From Candidatus Poseidoniales archaeon (GTDB lineage Archaea; Thermoplasmatota; Poseidoniia; Poseidoniales; Poseidoniaceae), in NCBI GenBank assembly GCA_038116375.1, contig JAYNUQ010000008.1:305-64304 (forward strand): a DNA stretch of 64,000 bases, written 5' to 3'. Positions within the stretch are counted from its first letter, which is position 1. Each line of letters opens with the position of its first letter. The notes under the pieces are model-generated. The model saw nothing but the letters and a program-made list of their open reading frames with translations. It made no database searches and was not told where the DNA came from. Below are positions 7,608-17,849 of this stretch, in pieces. The position numbers were made by a program, and so were the translations under genes.

Positions 7608-10600
7608 ATGAATCAGAAAATTAAGTCCGTTAGCCTTGCATCAATCATGGTGCTTTCCGTGATGTCGTCCCTGTTGATCGCATCCGTTTCGGTAAGCGCC
7701 AGTACGGTCGTTATCACCGAAGCCATTCAAATTGTGGACGGTGGCACAGCCTCTGATTCACAAGCAGCCGTTGGCTCCGACAGTTCAGGAAACGTCCACG
7801 TCGTCTGGACGCGGAACAACCTTCACCTCTACTATGCCATGATTTCACCGCGTGGCGAAACACTCATCGACGCGACCCAGGTCACCAACTCAGGACTTCA
7901 CAAGATTTGGCACCCCGACCTCGCCGTGGATGAATACGACCGCATTCACGTGGTCTGGGCGGACAAAGCCGGTCAGCACGCCATCATGTACACCGCTCTC
8001 TCTCCGTGGGCCGCACCCATGGACGGCATGGCCTCTGACGACGGAACCATTACGGCCATTGACGACACCATCATCTCCCGCCGTTCTCAAAATCGAGATT
8101 GGCCCTCCCTCGACATTGACAGCCAAAACAACGTCCACATCGTCTGGCAAGACAACTACGACGAACTTGGCCGATTTTTCAACCAACCCCAAATCTACTA
8201 CTCCATGATTCAGCCCGACATTGGTTCAGGCGCCATCGTCACCCTCTTCGACGATACCCTCTTGACCCCCATCATCGGGCACAAAGGCCACCCCGACGTG
8301 GTTGTTGACGCCAACGACTACGTTCAGATCGCTTGGGACGACACCCGCGGCGGCAAGGTCGAATTGGCCTTTATCGTCGACACTTCAGGTTCCATGTACT
8401 CAGAATGGGCCGACATCTGCACCGTCATCTACGGAGGTAACTTTGCCAGCGGACCGTACTTCCAAGGCATCAAGCCCATGCTCGAAGAGGGCAACATGAC
8501 CGTCTATGAGACCATTTACGGCCTCGGAAACACCCTGCCAGGTGCTGCCAGTTCTGGAAACTGTCAGGGCTACAACAAGAACACAGGGCCACGAACCACG
8601 CCACTCGGGCAAACCCCAGGGGACAACTCCGGTGGTATTCGCAAACTTCCGGGTACAATTTACAACGGCAACACCTACTCTGGATACTCCGGTGAGGACT
8701 GGGGCCCAGGTTCCAACTGGGCCTGTCTCTCGTGGAAAGACTCCGCTGGAAACGTTCCAGGAAACCCTCCGACGCAATCCGACCACCGCTGGAACCCCAA
8801 CGCCACCAAGATCGTGATTCCCGTATCCGATGAAGGACCAAAGGACGGCGACCCCTCACAGCAAGCAGACGATAAGGCCGCCATTTCGGAAGCCCACGAC
8901 AACTGCATCAACGCAGGCGTGATTCCTGTCGGACTTTACGGTCAAGGCTACGGCGGCGCAGGAAACATCCAATCCCACTTCATGGACCTCGTCCAGTGTC
9001 CAAACGGCATCGTTTCAACCCAAACCCGAAACTGCCCTGGAAACACGCTTGCGAACACCGACGCCGGTGGGCAGGCCTACGAGTTCCCTTCCGGCTCAGG
9101 AACCAACCAGATGGCCCTTCTCGTGGAAGCCATGGTCTACATTTCGACCAACAATTCCCGTGAGATCTACATGTCCATCCTCGACCCCTACGCCAAGATG
9201 AACAACGACCCGAGCTTCACACCGGGCTTGCCGGGCCACTCGTCCCAAGGCGGCTCTTATGCTGAAGACACCGGTCCAGGCGCAGACGGCCACCTCGTGG
9301 TCGTTAACGACACCCGTGTTACCATTGACGACGCCTATTCGTTCCACCCGTCCATCGGTGTTGACCAGCAAGGCAACACCCACATTGCATGGATGGACGG
9401 TCGAGATTACGGCTTTGAAAAGGACGTCAACTACGAGGTCTACTACACCAAACTCCGACTCCAAGGCGCTGGTGCCTGGGACGGTGCGGAAGAGGGCCTT
9501 TCGACCTACGCCATTAAGAAAATCAACGACACACCCATTTCCAACGTTGAAGGAAGGAACGGCCTTCCACCTGCTTCTCCGTATGCAGGAAACTCCGTCT
9601 TCCCCTCGTTGTTGACCGACGACCAAAACAACGTTCACATCGCATGGGTCGACTCGGGCAACCTTTCTGCCAACGAAGAAATCCTCTACACCCGTCTCAA
9701 CCAGACGGACTTGACAGGGGACGGTCTTACGGCCCTTGACCCGTGGGAAGCGGTCGCAGTCACTTCGTGGAATTCCAACAAATTGGGCCCCAACAGCGGA
9801 AGACAACCCGCCATCGGTATGCCTCCAGCGTTCTCAAACGACCTTGGAAGCGGGGCGCATCTGGCGTGGTCGGACACCAACAAGTGTGACGACAACGGCA
9901 ACAACAACCGGTTCACCATCTGTTACTCCCACGTTCTGACCGGTCAGGTCGACGTGGAGTTTGACGAAGGAGAGACCTTCTACCACGTGATTGAACCCGG
10001 CCAGCAAACCATCTACAACATGACGATGAACAACTCGACACCGGGGCCGAAAGATCTGGTGGCAGACACGTACGGACTGAACATTTCCGGCGTGCCGATG
10101 AACTGGACGGCGAACCTCTACTTTGCGTCAAACCACTCGAGCATCTTCCCCGATACACCCATCTTCCTCGAAGGCGGCGATGACGTTCGGTTCTACATGC
10201 GAGTGCAGGCCCCGTCCATCTACCAAGCCAACGGCGATGAACTGGCTGAGATTCGGGTGACGGCACAATCCTACAAGGACCCAGCCATCCAAAACGACAT
10301 CATCACGCTGACCTTGATGGACGTGGTTCACGGCATCAACCTCGACACCTCGCACAGCATGGCTGACATCGAACAAGGCGACACGGCCATCTTCTCCATC
10401 ACCATCACCAACACAGGCAACGTTCACGACGCCTTTGTGTTCTGGGACCCCAACAGCCTCGAAGGCCAACAGGAGTGGTTGCTTCCGTTCGGCTGGCAGG
10501 TCAATTTCCCAATTCGCGTTGAGTTGGACCCCGGTCAGTCGGTCACCAAGAACCTCGAAGTCTTCGTTCCGACTTCAGAAGACCCCGGTGCATTTGTCAT

Positions 10601-12638
10601 CTACGTGAAGGGATGGTCCGAAGGGGAACCCATCAAGTCGGTTGAGAAGGGAACGTACGACATCCTTGAACTCGGTGTTTTCGTATCCATTCGGTCTACA
10701 GGGAACATCGTGTTTGCAGTAGACGACCGCTCTTCACAGGTCAAGCCCGGAGATTGCGCTTCCTACGACATCAACGTCACCAAGAATTTCGATTCCGGCG
10801 AGCTTGTCTTTGCTACGCCAGGTGCGCCCGAAGCAAAACCCGACGGCGTGGCCATGGACGCTTGGCGAGAAGAGAACTGGGTGGTCATCGTTGACTTTGC
10901 CAACGCTACCGGTTCTGCTGACGCTGGAGACGGTTTGGGCGACCCGATTGCCTGGACCATTCCCGGCACGGCTGAGAAGATCACCAAGCGAGTAACCGTC
11001 CATGTATGCGCACCGCGAAACGCGACGGCGGGACTCGGCCCCGCCATCACGCTGAAGGGGTACCTTGATGGCTACCCACGAATTTCTGATTCGGCCATTC
11101 TCTCAACCAATGTGGAGCACGTGTTCGACCTCAACGCAGGCGTTGACCCAGCGATTGGAACGTCCATGAACGTCAATCCGGGCGATAAATTGACGCTCCC
11201 CATCACCGTGACCAACGAAGGAAACGGACCCGATCGGTTTGACTTCCGCCTCGCACGTGTGACCGACGCCTTTGGCGTTGACGTCATTTGGGACATCGAG
11301 ATTCCACGTGAGACGTTGCAAGAACTCTCCCCCGACACCTACCAAGCCTTTGATGTCTTGATGAACGTGCCAAACCGTGTTCCTGCTGGCGAGTACACCG
11401 TTGTGTTGCAAGCCTACTCCGAGGAAGTTTACCCCGATGCGAGCGGCCGCGAAACACGCATCCGAGACACCATCTCGCTTGCCGTGACCGTTGACGAATT
11501 CCACGACATGCAAATCTCGATGGACCCGACCGTGGACAATGCGGTCAAGACATCTGCACCAGGAAAGATCGTCCGCTTCACCCTGAACGTGACCAACAAC
11601 GGCAACGTTGCGGACGTTCCAACCTTGAACAACCACTCTGCACAGCAGGACGGTGACGATTGGCTCTGGAGCGAACTTCCGGGTATGCCGACGCTCACAG
11701 GTTGGGACGTGAACTGGTTCATCATGCGACAGGTAAGTGCCGATTTGGTCGTTGAAGAAGGCTGCATGGAGATGCTCTCCACGGCTTCTTCCTATCCTGA
11801 AGACTCCTGCATCTACCTCACGGACCTTGACGAATGGCGTCTCCCTGAGATGGCACCGTACGAAACCATCACCGTGGTTGCTGCCGTGCAAATCGGCACA
11901 GAAGCCAAACTCCAGACACGTCCGCTCGGTCTGAAGGTCGTTTCGATGTACGGCGATATGGAAAACAACGGCGACCATGACGATTCCCCGTCATGGGAAG
12001 GCGAGAACTTCGACAGCAACGAGTTCATTCTCACGCTTCGACTGCGTGCTCCGAACCTTGAGATCAAGGAAATCATCATGCCGCCATCCACCTCCAGTGA
12101 GGTTGACTCAACGATTCCAATCGGTATCATTCTGCAAAACACTGGAAACGTTCACGCCACGGACATTGAAATCGTGCTCTGTGAATACGACGATGCGAAC
12201 GATGCTGACACCATCAGAGACATCCGCAACAACGGATGCGACGAGGAACGCGTGGTCATGCGCCAAGTCGTTGGTGCCCTCCTTGCTCCGGACGACACCG
12301 AAGACGCCAAGGAAATCGAACTGTACTTGCTCTACCCGGTCACCGCTGGAAGCAAGGGCGTCTATGTTGTCGTTGACCCGATGAACGAGATCGTTGAATC
12401 TGACGAAAAGGACAACGTGAAGCCGATTCCCGAAGCCCTCGAATCCAACAGCCCGGTCATTGACCTGGCGAAGGAAGTCGTCGGCAAGACCGCTCTGCCC
12501 TTCGCCGTCATCATGCTGACCATCGCCCTCCTCGGCGTGGTCTACATGGTTGGAAAGGGTCGTCGAGACGATGTGAACAAGCGACTCGCTGAACAATCGT
12601 CGCTGGTCTCTGTCCTGGCTGATGAAGCGGACATTTGA
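7608..12638 (+). CDS. Giant anchored surface protein (about 1676 aa): signal peptide, seven-repeat propeller-like module interrupted by a vWA domain, multiple CARDB/NEW3-like Ig-fold domains, C-terminal TM anchor
   Basis: Signal-like MNQKIKSVSLASIMVLSVMSSLLIASVSVSAS. Seven copies of a [NR]xH[IV][VA]WxD...YY motif. vWA MIDAS motif DTSGS at 8379..8393. Repeated TNTGN/TNEGN/TNNGN/QNTGN beta-sandwich motifs. C-terminal LPFAVIMLTIALLGVVYMVGKGRRDD. The track start 7572 falls inside the TATA-like box, so ATG 7608 is preferred. Confidence 0.75.
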   Translation: MNQKIKSVSLASIMVLSVMSSLLIASVSVSASTVVITEAIQIVDGGTASDSQAAVGSDSSGNVHVVWTRNNLHLYYAMISPRGETLIDATQVTNSGLHKIWHPDLAVDEYDRIHVVWADKAGQHAIMYTALSPWAAPMDGMASDDGTITAIDDTIISRRSQNRDWPSLDIDSQNNVHIVWQDNYDELGRFFNQPQIYYSMIQPDIGSGAIVTLFDDTLLTPIIGHKGHPDVVVDANDYVQIAWDDTRGGKVELAFIVDTSGSMYSEWADICTVIYGGNFASGPYFQGIKPMLEEGNMTVYETIYGLGNTLPGAASSGNCQGYNKNTGPRTTPLGQTPGDNSGGIRKLPGTIYNGNTYSGYSGEDWGPGSNWACLSWKDSAGNVPGNPPTQSDHRWNPNATKIVIPVSDEGPKDGDPSQQADDKAAISEAHDNCINAGVIPVGLYGQGYGGAGNIQSHFMDLVQCPNGIVSTQTRNCPGNTLANTDAGGQAYEFPSGSGTNQMALLVEAMVYISTNNSREIYMSILDPYAKMNNDPSFTPGLPGHSSQGGSYAEDTGPGADGHLVVVNDTRVTIDDAYSFHPSIGVDQQGNTHIAWMDGRDYGFEKDVNYEVYYTKLRLQGAGAWDGAEEGLSTYAIKKINDTPISNVEGRNGLPPASPYAGNSVFPSLLTDDQNNVHIAWVDSGNLSANEEILYTRLNQTDLTGDGLTALDPWEAVAVTSWNSNKLGPNSGRQPAIGMPPAFSNDLGSGAHLAWSDTNKCDDNGNNNRFTICYSHVLTGQVDVEFDEGETFYHVIEPGQQTIYNMTMNNSTPGPKDLVADTYGLNISGVPMNWTANLYFASNHSSIFPDTPIFLEGGDDVRFYMRVQAPSIYQANGDELAEIRVTAQSYKDPAIQNDIITLTLMDVVHGINLDTSHSMADIEQGDTAIFSITITNTGNVHDAFVFWDPNSLEGQQEWLLPFGWQVNFPIRVELDPGQSVTKNLEVFVPTSEDPGAFVIYVKGWSEGEPIKSVEKGTYDILELGVFVSIRSTGNIVFAVDDRSSQVKPGDCASYDINVTKNFDSGELVFATPGAPEAKPDGVAMDAWREENWVVIVDFANATGSADAGDGLGDPIAWTIPGTAEKITKRVTVHVCAPRNATAGLGPAITLKGYLDGYPRISDSAILSTNVEHVFDLNAGVDPAIGTSMNVNPGDKLTLPITVTNEGNGPDRFDFRLARVTDAFGVDVIWDIEIPRETLQELSPDTYQAFDVLMNVPNRVPAGEYTVVLQAYSEEVYPDASGRETRIRDTISLAVTVDEFHDMQISMDPTVDNAVKTSAPGKIVRFTLNVTNNGNVADVPTLNNHSAQQDGDDWLWSELPGMPTLTGWDVNWFIMRQVSADLVVEEGCMEMLSTASSYPEDSCIYLTDLDEWRLPEMAPYETITVVAAVQIGTEAKLQTRPLGLKVVSMYGDMENNGDHDDSPSWEGENFDSNEFILTLRLRAPNLEIKEIIMPPSTSSEVDSTIPIGIILQNTGNVHATDIEIVLCEYDDANDADTIRDIRNNGCDEERVVMRQVVGALLAPDDTEDAKEIELYLLYPVTAGSKGVYVVVDPMNEIVESDEKDNVKPIPEALESNSPVIDLAKEVVGKTALPFAVIMLTIALLGVVYMVGKGRRDDVNKRLAEQSSLVSVLADEADI

Positions 12639-12647
12639 GCGCACGGC

Positions 12648-13394
12648 TCACTTGGCTCGCGGCCCGAGGTACCAGCGAAGCTCCGTATCAAGCGGAGCGG
12701 CGATGACCTGTCCTGAACGTCGGGCGATTTGCTTCTCCAGACGGGAGCGCAAGGCCGTGATGACCTCGCCGACGTTTGTGTGGCTGGCCAATTCCTGCTG
12801 CACCAGTGCTGTAAGATCAATGCGGTCTCCGGTGGCTTCCACCATGCTTTGGATGATGCTCCGCTCCTCGTAGGAATCAAAGTCGGATTCAACGGCGGCA
12901 GAGACCCGCTGACGAACGTGTTGGTGAAGCGAAATGAGCGCATCGCGTTGGGCGTCCAATTCCTCGAGAACGTTTGCAAGAGAACGCATGTGGGCGAGCC
13001 CTTCGGCCACAGAGATTTTCTTTCGTCCGCTAAGGGACTCAGCGACGGACACGGAGGCAACGGGGAGGTTGCTGGACAGCCGCATGGGGCCACCCGCAGG
13101 GAGTTTTCGTTCTTCACACCTGAACAAATCAGGGCCAATGTCAACGTGGATGGACATGGCCCGTTCAACGGCGTAGATGGTGCGTGGCGGTCCACCTTTT
13201 TGTGAAGGCACTTTGTTCTTGGAAACCATGCCGCCCTTCTCCAACTCCTTGAGGTGCTTCACAACGGCAGGTTGGCTGACCCCGATGAGTTCTGAGAGTT
13301 GCATTGGATAGTGCGGTTCGCGCGCAAGACGCTCAAGGATCTGCCTTCGTGTCTTGTTTTGCAGGAGGTACAGGGCTTGGTCGATGTCGGCCAT
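12648..13394 (-). CDS. ArsR-type winged-helix transcriptional regulator with about 170-aa C-terminal extension
   Basis: TRRQILERLAREPHYPMQLSELIGVSQPAVVKHLKELEKGGMV is a classic ArsR/SmtB HTH. Start could alternatively be the GTG at 13439. Confidence 0.7.
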   Translation of the reverse strand: MADIDQALYLLQNKTRRQILERLAREPHYPMQLSELIGVSQPAVVKHLKELEKGGMVSKNKVPSQKGGPPRTIYAVERAMSIHVDIGPDLFRCEERKLPAGGPMRLSSNLPVASVSVAESLSGRKKISVAEGLAHMRSLANVLEELDAQRDALISLHQHVRQRVSAAVESDFDSYEERSIIQSMVEATGDRIDLTALVQQELASHTNVGEVITALRSRLEKQIARRSGQVIAAPLDTELRWYLGPRAK

Positions 13395-13448
13395 ACTTCT
13401 CAACTCAAGGTTGGGTAGTGCCCACCCCCCTAAGAACACACCGTTTGC

Positions 13449-14489
13449 TTACTGCTCGTCCCAAGACTTCCATGCATCGTTGGGCTGAGCCGAAGGTTCG
13501 GATGTTTTCTGTCGAGCAGGTGTAGATTTTCGTTCAACCGGTTTGGGTTCAGCCAACGGAACACCTTCGTCCCAGGAAGCGATGGCTGCGGCGTTCGCGG
13601 CGTCCTGAATGGTCGCTTCGGCGTTCGTGGTTTGGTATCGCCCCGTCTTGGCATGGTCATGAGCACCCTCGACGTCGCCGCGCATCAGCGCATAGACCTG
13701 TTCGGTGGTCAGCATGGCGCCTGCAGCAACATCGTTCAAACCGTCAACGAATGCTTCGGAGGGTTGATGCTCGGCCGTATCGGCAAAAGGCGGTGCAACG
13801 GCAGGTTGCGATGTTATGGGCCCCTCATCTTGTTCGAATAGCGTTGGATGATCGGGATTCACGTCCGTGATGGCGACCAGCCGACCGTCTTCGCCGACCA
13901 TCATGACGCGAGGCGCTTTGCTTGGCTTTGAGGCGAAGTAGACGATGAGGGCGATGGGCGTGGTGAGCACGCCCAAGCAACACATTGCGCCGCCCAGAAG
14001 GAGCGTGGTGGATTGCATCAGTTCTTCCGGTACGTTGTCCACGGAAACAAGCCACCCCGTGGTTTCGGTGCAGTCTTCTTCGCATTCGACGGTCAAGGCG
14101 TATTCACTGGACTGGTTGAGCGTCCAGGCAGCCCGTTCAATCATGACGACTCCGTCCACCGTCATCGGTTGCCAATCGAGCATGCACTTCTTTTCCTCAA
14201 GCGCATCGCCAGCAATGGCGGACCCTTCAACACGGTAGAGACTGACGGACATGAGGGGTGCCTTTTCTTCTTGGTAGAATCTGTAACACGAATCGTTGAG
14301 GGATTCGGTGGAAAATGTTCCCTGGCCGACATAGGCGGCGTGATGCTGCTCACGTGGGTCCATGACCGAACCGATGGTGGACGCTTGACTCTGCATCAAG
14401 ATCCCTCCAATCAAGAGCAATACGCCACCGGCAATGGCGAGGCGTAGCCCCCAAGGAGAGCGCTTGGCAGGCTCAGGTGCTTGCATCAT
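13449..14489 (-). CDS. Hypothetical bitopic or two-TM membrane protein with Cys-containing extracytoplasmic domain and acidic tail
   Basis: TM segments LRLAIAGGVLLLIGGILM and LLLGGAMCCLGVLTTPIALIVYFA. High GC3. No family recognised. Confidence 0.5.
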   Translation of the reverse strand: MMQAPEPAKRSPWGLRLAIAGGVLLLIGGILMQSQASTIGSVMDPREQHHAAYVGQGTFSTESLNDSCYRFYQEEKAPLMSVSLYRVEGSAIAGDALEEKKCMLDWQPMTVDGVVMIERAAWTLNQSSEYALTVECEEDCTETTGWLVSVDNVPEELMQSTTLLLGGAMCCLGVLTTPIALIVYFASKPSKAPRVMMVGEDGRLVAITDVNPDHPTLFEQDEGPITSQPAVAPPFADTAEHQPSEAFVDGLNDVAAGAMLTTEQVYALMRGDVEGAHDHAKTGRYQTTNAEATIQDAANAAAIASWDEGVPLAEPKPVERKSTPARQKTSEPSAQPNDAWKSWDEQ

Positions 14490-14531
14490 GGTCTTCCAGA
14501 CCCTCTTCCTCCATAAGGCTCGCTGATGGGG

Positions 14532-15632
14532 TTAAGCGAGGCCCAATTCTGCTAATTTTTCTGGCAGATAGGTGTCGGTGACGAAGTCCAACCCGTATTT
14601 GGCCAAGGATTGCTGTTCGGCTTTTTTCCCGATTTCCAACATCATGTTGATTTGTTCTTGCCACCATGACGATGCAAACCTCGGGTCGGAGAGTTCTGCT
14701 TTCAGTGCGTCAACGTCCCGTGTTGAGAGGTCATCGCTCGGGAGGTCGTAGGCTTCGATATCGTCTGCCGTGATGCCCAGATAAGTCGCCGACGGAGTCG
14801 CGAGGTATTCCGAGATGTGCGCCGTCTTGATGGCGCCGTAGGCGATGGAAGCAAAGATACGGAACGACCACGGGTCGCCGTCGAGGAAGACCACGACGGG
14901 CAGGTCCCATTCTTCGCTCATCCGCTTGAGGATACGACGGGTTGAGCGCGCAGGCTGACCTTTGAGATGGACAAGGCCGCATCCGAAGTCCTCGTCAAAA
15001 CCGTTTTCGATGAGTCGGTCAAACATACCACCGGTCTCTATGGCCATGATGAAATTGATGTCGTGTTCCAACAACTCAATTTTTTCCTCTTCCACGTTGT
15101 AGGGGACGCCGTAGCCCGAATCGCCAACGTCGTCCCGAGCGTTGATGCGCATCCACTCTCCACGACGGTTTCGTTCTCGCAGCGTCAGGTTACCAATCAT
15201 TCGAGCACCGTCTTCCTCAGGTCGGAGTTTGAAATCTTCTCGAAGGCACTTCGTCACGACCTCCAAATCCTCAGCGAGGTTGTTCGATTCGTTTTGCGAA
15301 GAGAATTTCCCAAGGCCCCAGGCCTCTGAAATGTAATACATTTCTCTCAAGGTTGACGACTTTCCAGCGTCGATCATTTCCTCGATGAATTCCACAACGT
15401 GAAGCGCACGCAGCAATTGCTTGGCTGAACCAAGGCTCGTCGCATCCCGAACCGAGCGCTTCTTGCCGTACTTGTACACGCCCAATTTGTCATCAAAGCC
15501 GATGTTGTTCTTGGTTCGGACGGGCAGCGTCATCGTCGGGGGTTCGCCCTTGACGATTTTATCGTACATTTCGGTGACCACTTCGTGAAGGGCTGCTTTG
15601 GTCTCTTCAGGTGTATGACTCGCCGACATCAT
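14532..15632 (-). CDS. top6A: DNA topoisomerase VI subunit A (Spo11 homologue)
   Basis: Characteristic blocks LREMYYISEAW and the Toprim motif VVVFLDGDPWSFRI. 4-nt overlap with the upstream top6B. Confidence 0.9.
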   Translation of the reverse strand: MMSASHTPEETKAALHEVVTEMYDKIVKGEPPTMTLPVRTKNNIGFDDKLGVYKYGKKRSVRDATSLGSAKQLLRALHVVEFIEEMIDAGKSSTLREMYYISEAWGLGKFSSQNESNNLAEDLEVVTKCLREDFKLRPEEDGARMIGNLTLRERNRRGEWMRINARDDVGDSGYGVPYNVEEEKIELLEHDINFIMAIETGGMFDRLIENGFDEDFGCGLVHLKGQPARSTRRILKRMSEEWDLPVVVFLDGDPWSFRIFASIAYGAIKTAHISEYLATPSATYLGITADDIEAYDLPSDDLSTRDVDALKAELSDPRFASSWWQEQINMMLEIGKKAEQQSLAKYGLDFVTDTYLPEKLAELGLA

Positions 15633-17707
15633 GCATCACTCCCGTATCCCATCAGGGTTTGTTGGCCAGCGGTTTTCGGCGCCTCCGCTTCTGCGAGAGG
15701 TTCTTTGTCATCGTCCGAAGAATCGTCCACGCTCTCTGCCGTTTCAACCTCCTCGCCTTCTTCCGCTCGAGCTTCCTGTCGCCTGATTTCTTCGAGCAAC
15801 TTCTCGTCCATCTTTGAGGCTCCAATCACCTCTTGACTGCCACGATAGAACACATCGGTTTCGGTCCAATCACCCTTCTCAAGTCCCGTGAGTGAGTACG
15901 CGATGGTGTAGGTGGTGCCGGGCTCGAGCGTTTCGAGCTTCCATGCCCAGACCCCCGTCGCTTCCTTTCGTCCGCCCGTCTGATTGTTTTCCATGGTTGC
16001 ACCCTCACGTTCAGGCCACGAGGCCAGGAGGGTGTAGGCTCGGGCCCTCGAGGTGTAATTGAAGAGCGTGATTGAGACATCCGTTTGTTTGGTCTCTTTG
16101 TTCCAGACGGTGGCGCTTTCAGCGATGACAGCACCCATGATTCTGGTGATGGAACCGGCCAAGTCAGGAACGGGGCGATTGAGAATGGCTGCCGATTTTG
16201 CGGCGATGGCCGGAATGATGTCGTTGACCAGTTCGAACTTTTCTTGCACCTTGACCATCTTTTTCTTCTTCTCAAGGTGTTTGCGAAGGCCTCGGCCCAT
16301 CTCGAGCATGGCCTTTCGAACCTCGTCCATGACCTCTGCGTTATCGGCCAGCGCCTCTTTGGCTTCTGATGTGAATTGAACGTTGGTGCTCGCAAGATGG
16401 ACCAAGATGGCGGCGGGTCCCTTTGGAACACCTCGCCCACCTGCCTGGTCAAGCCCGTACTGACGCCAGTCCACCGATTCGATGGCTTTGGTCAACAGAC
16501 AACCGCCCTGCTGATACATCAACGGAACGCGATTGGCAAATCGCAACACTTCCACGGGCTTGTCAGCCGCCATACCGTCGCCAAAAATCAAACCGACCTC
16601 AACCTGGTAGGGGTTGCCTTGAGACACGGTTGGAGAGCGGGTCATCGTGGTGACAAAGCGAGAATCAATGGTCTTCGAAAGCCCCTTCTTGATGAGCAAC
16701 TCTTCAATCGGTGAGAGACAATTGGTGGGAGGATTGAGAAGTTTGACGACTTTTCCGTTGAGTTGGCGTTCACCTTGGAAGGCCTCCAACAGGGCACGAA
16801 TGCTGTCGGGCTTCATCGATTTCGGCTTGGCTTTCTCTTCAATTTCGGCCGCAGCCAGCAGTTCCTTGGCGGCACGTGATGAGACGCCTGAGAAATTCTT
16901 GTAGAGAAACGAGGTCATTCGACTGTCAGTGGATTCGGTGCACATGCGTTGGAGTGTACCGAGATGGATGCCGTGAGGATGCGGTTTGATGCTCTCAACC
17001 TTCCGAGGAAGGCGTTCGGTCACCCGAGGCCAGTGGTAGATCTCCCCGTCCGGGTCGACGAAGGTGATGTCAGCGTGCGGATTGACGATGCTGGTCATCC
17101 GCAGATACTGGTAGACGCTTTGGCGGCCCCGCTGATATTTGGCCTTCATGCGACAGGTAATTTCCAGACCGTGCTCCTTCAGCGTTCCGTCTTCTTCTTC
17201 CCAAAGCTCCCGTCCTTCGTTGGTTTTCGTTGCCTTGTTTTTGCGAGTGTCCAAACCGATGTCAACGACGGCAGCCGATGTCTCCGTGGCGATTTTTGAA
17301 CGCACGTGCGTTTTCTGCCCGGTCGTCAATTGACTGTACATGACGACGCCGGTGATACCGATGCCTTGCTGGCCACGTGATTGACGGATGGCGTGAAAAC
17401 GTGAACCAAAGAGCAATTGCCCGAAGACCTTCTCGATGCTTCGCTTTGGGATGCCAGGCCCGTTGTCTTCGGTCTGAAGTTCAATGATGTTTTTCTTATC
17501 GTCGATTTTTGAAATCTTGACCTTGATTTTCGGCAGGATACGGGCTTCCTCACACGCATCGAGGGAATTGTCAACGGCTTCTTTGACCGCCGTGATGAGT
17601 GAACGGGTGAGGGAATCAAAACCGAGGAAATGTTTGTTTTTCTCAAAGAATTCTGAAATGGCGACTTGTTTCTGATTTTTTGCCATACGTTCTGCTGTGC
17701 CTGCCAT
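15629..17707 (-). CDS. top6B: DNA topoisomerase VI subunit B (GHKL ATPase), long form with C-terminal Ig-like region and acidic tail
   Basis: Bergerat fold N-box AVKEAVDNSLDACEEA, plus DNGPGIP and GQQGIG motifs. SD-like GGAGGTGA lies 5 nt upstream of the ATG. Confidence 0.9.
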   Translation of the reverse strand: MAGTAERMAKNQKQVAISEFFEKNKHFLGFDSLTRSLITAVKEAVDNSLDACEEARILPKIKVKISKIDDKKNIIELQTEDNGPGIPKRSIEKVFGQLLFGSRFHAIRQSRGQQGIGITGVVMYSQLTTGQKTHVRSKIATETSAAVVDIGLDTRKNKATKTNEGRELWEEEDGTLKEHGLEITCRMKAKYQRGRQSVYQYLRMTSIVNPHADITFVDPDGEIYHWPRVTERLPRKVESIKPHPHGIHLGTLQRMCTESTDSRMTSFLYKNFSGVSSRAAKELLAAAEIEEKAKPKSMKPDSIRALLEAFQGERQLNGKVVKLLNPPTNCLSPIEELLIKKGLSKTIDSRFVTTMTRSPTVSQGNPYQVEVGLIFGDGMAADKPVEVLRFANRVPLMYQQGGCLLTKAIESVDWRQYGLDQAGGRGVPKGPAAILVHLASTNVQFTSEAKEALADNAEVMDEVRKAMLEMGRGLRKHLEKKKKMVKVQEKFELVNDIIPAIAAKSAAILNRPVPDLAGSITRIMGAVIAESATVWNKETKQTDVSITLFNYTSRARAYTLLASWPEREGATMENNQTGGRKEATGVWAWKLETLEPGTTYTIAYSLTGLEKGDWTETDVFYRGSQEVIGASKMDEKLLEEIRRQEARAEEGEEVETAESVDDSSDDDKEPLAEAEAPKTAGQQTLMGYGSDA

Positions 17708-17849
17708 GGGCGTTCACCTCCCCCGGTCCTCCTCCGTCTTGATGACATCGGGCCGACAGATGACCGTCTCCGTTCTTTGAGGGATTATAATCTCCTTAGG
17801 CGAAACGGCATGGGGGACGCCGATATTTGCAGGCAGATGAGAAAACCAC

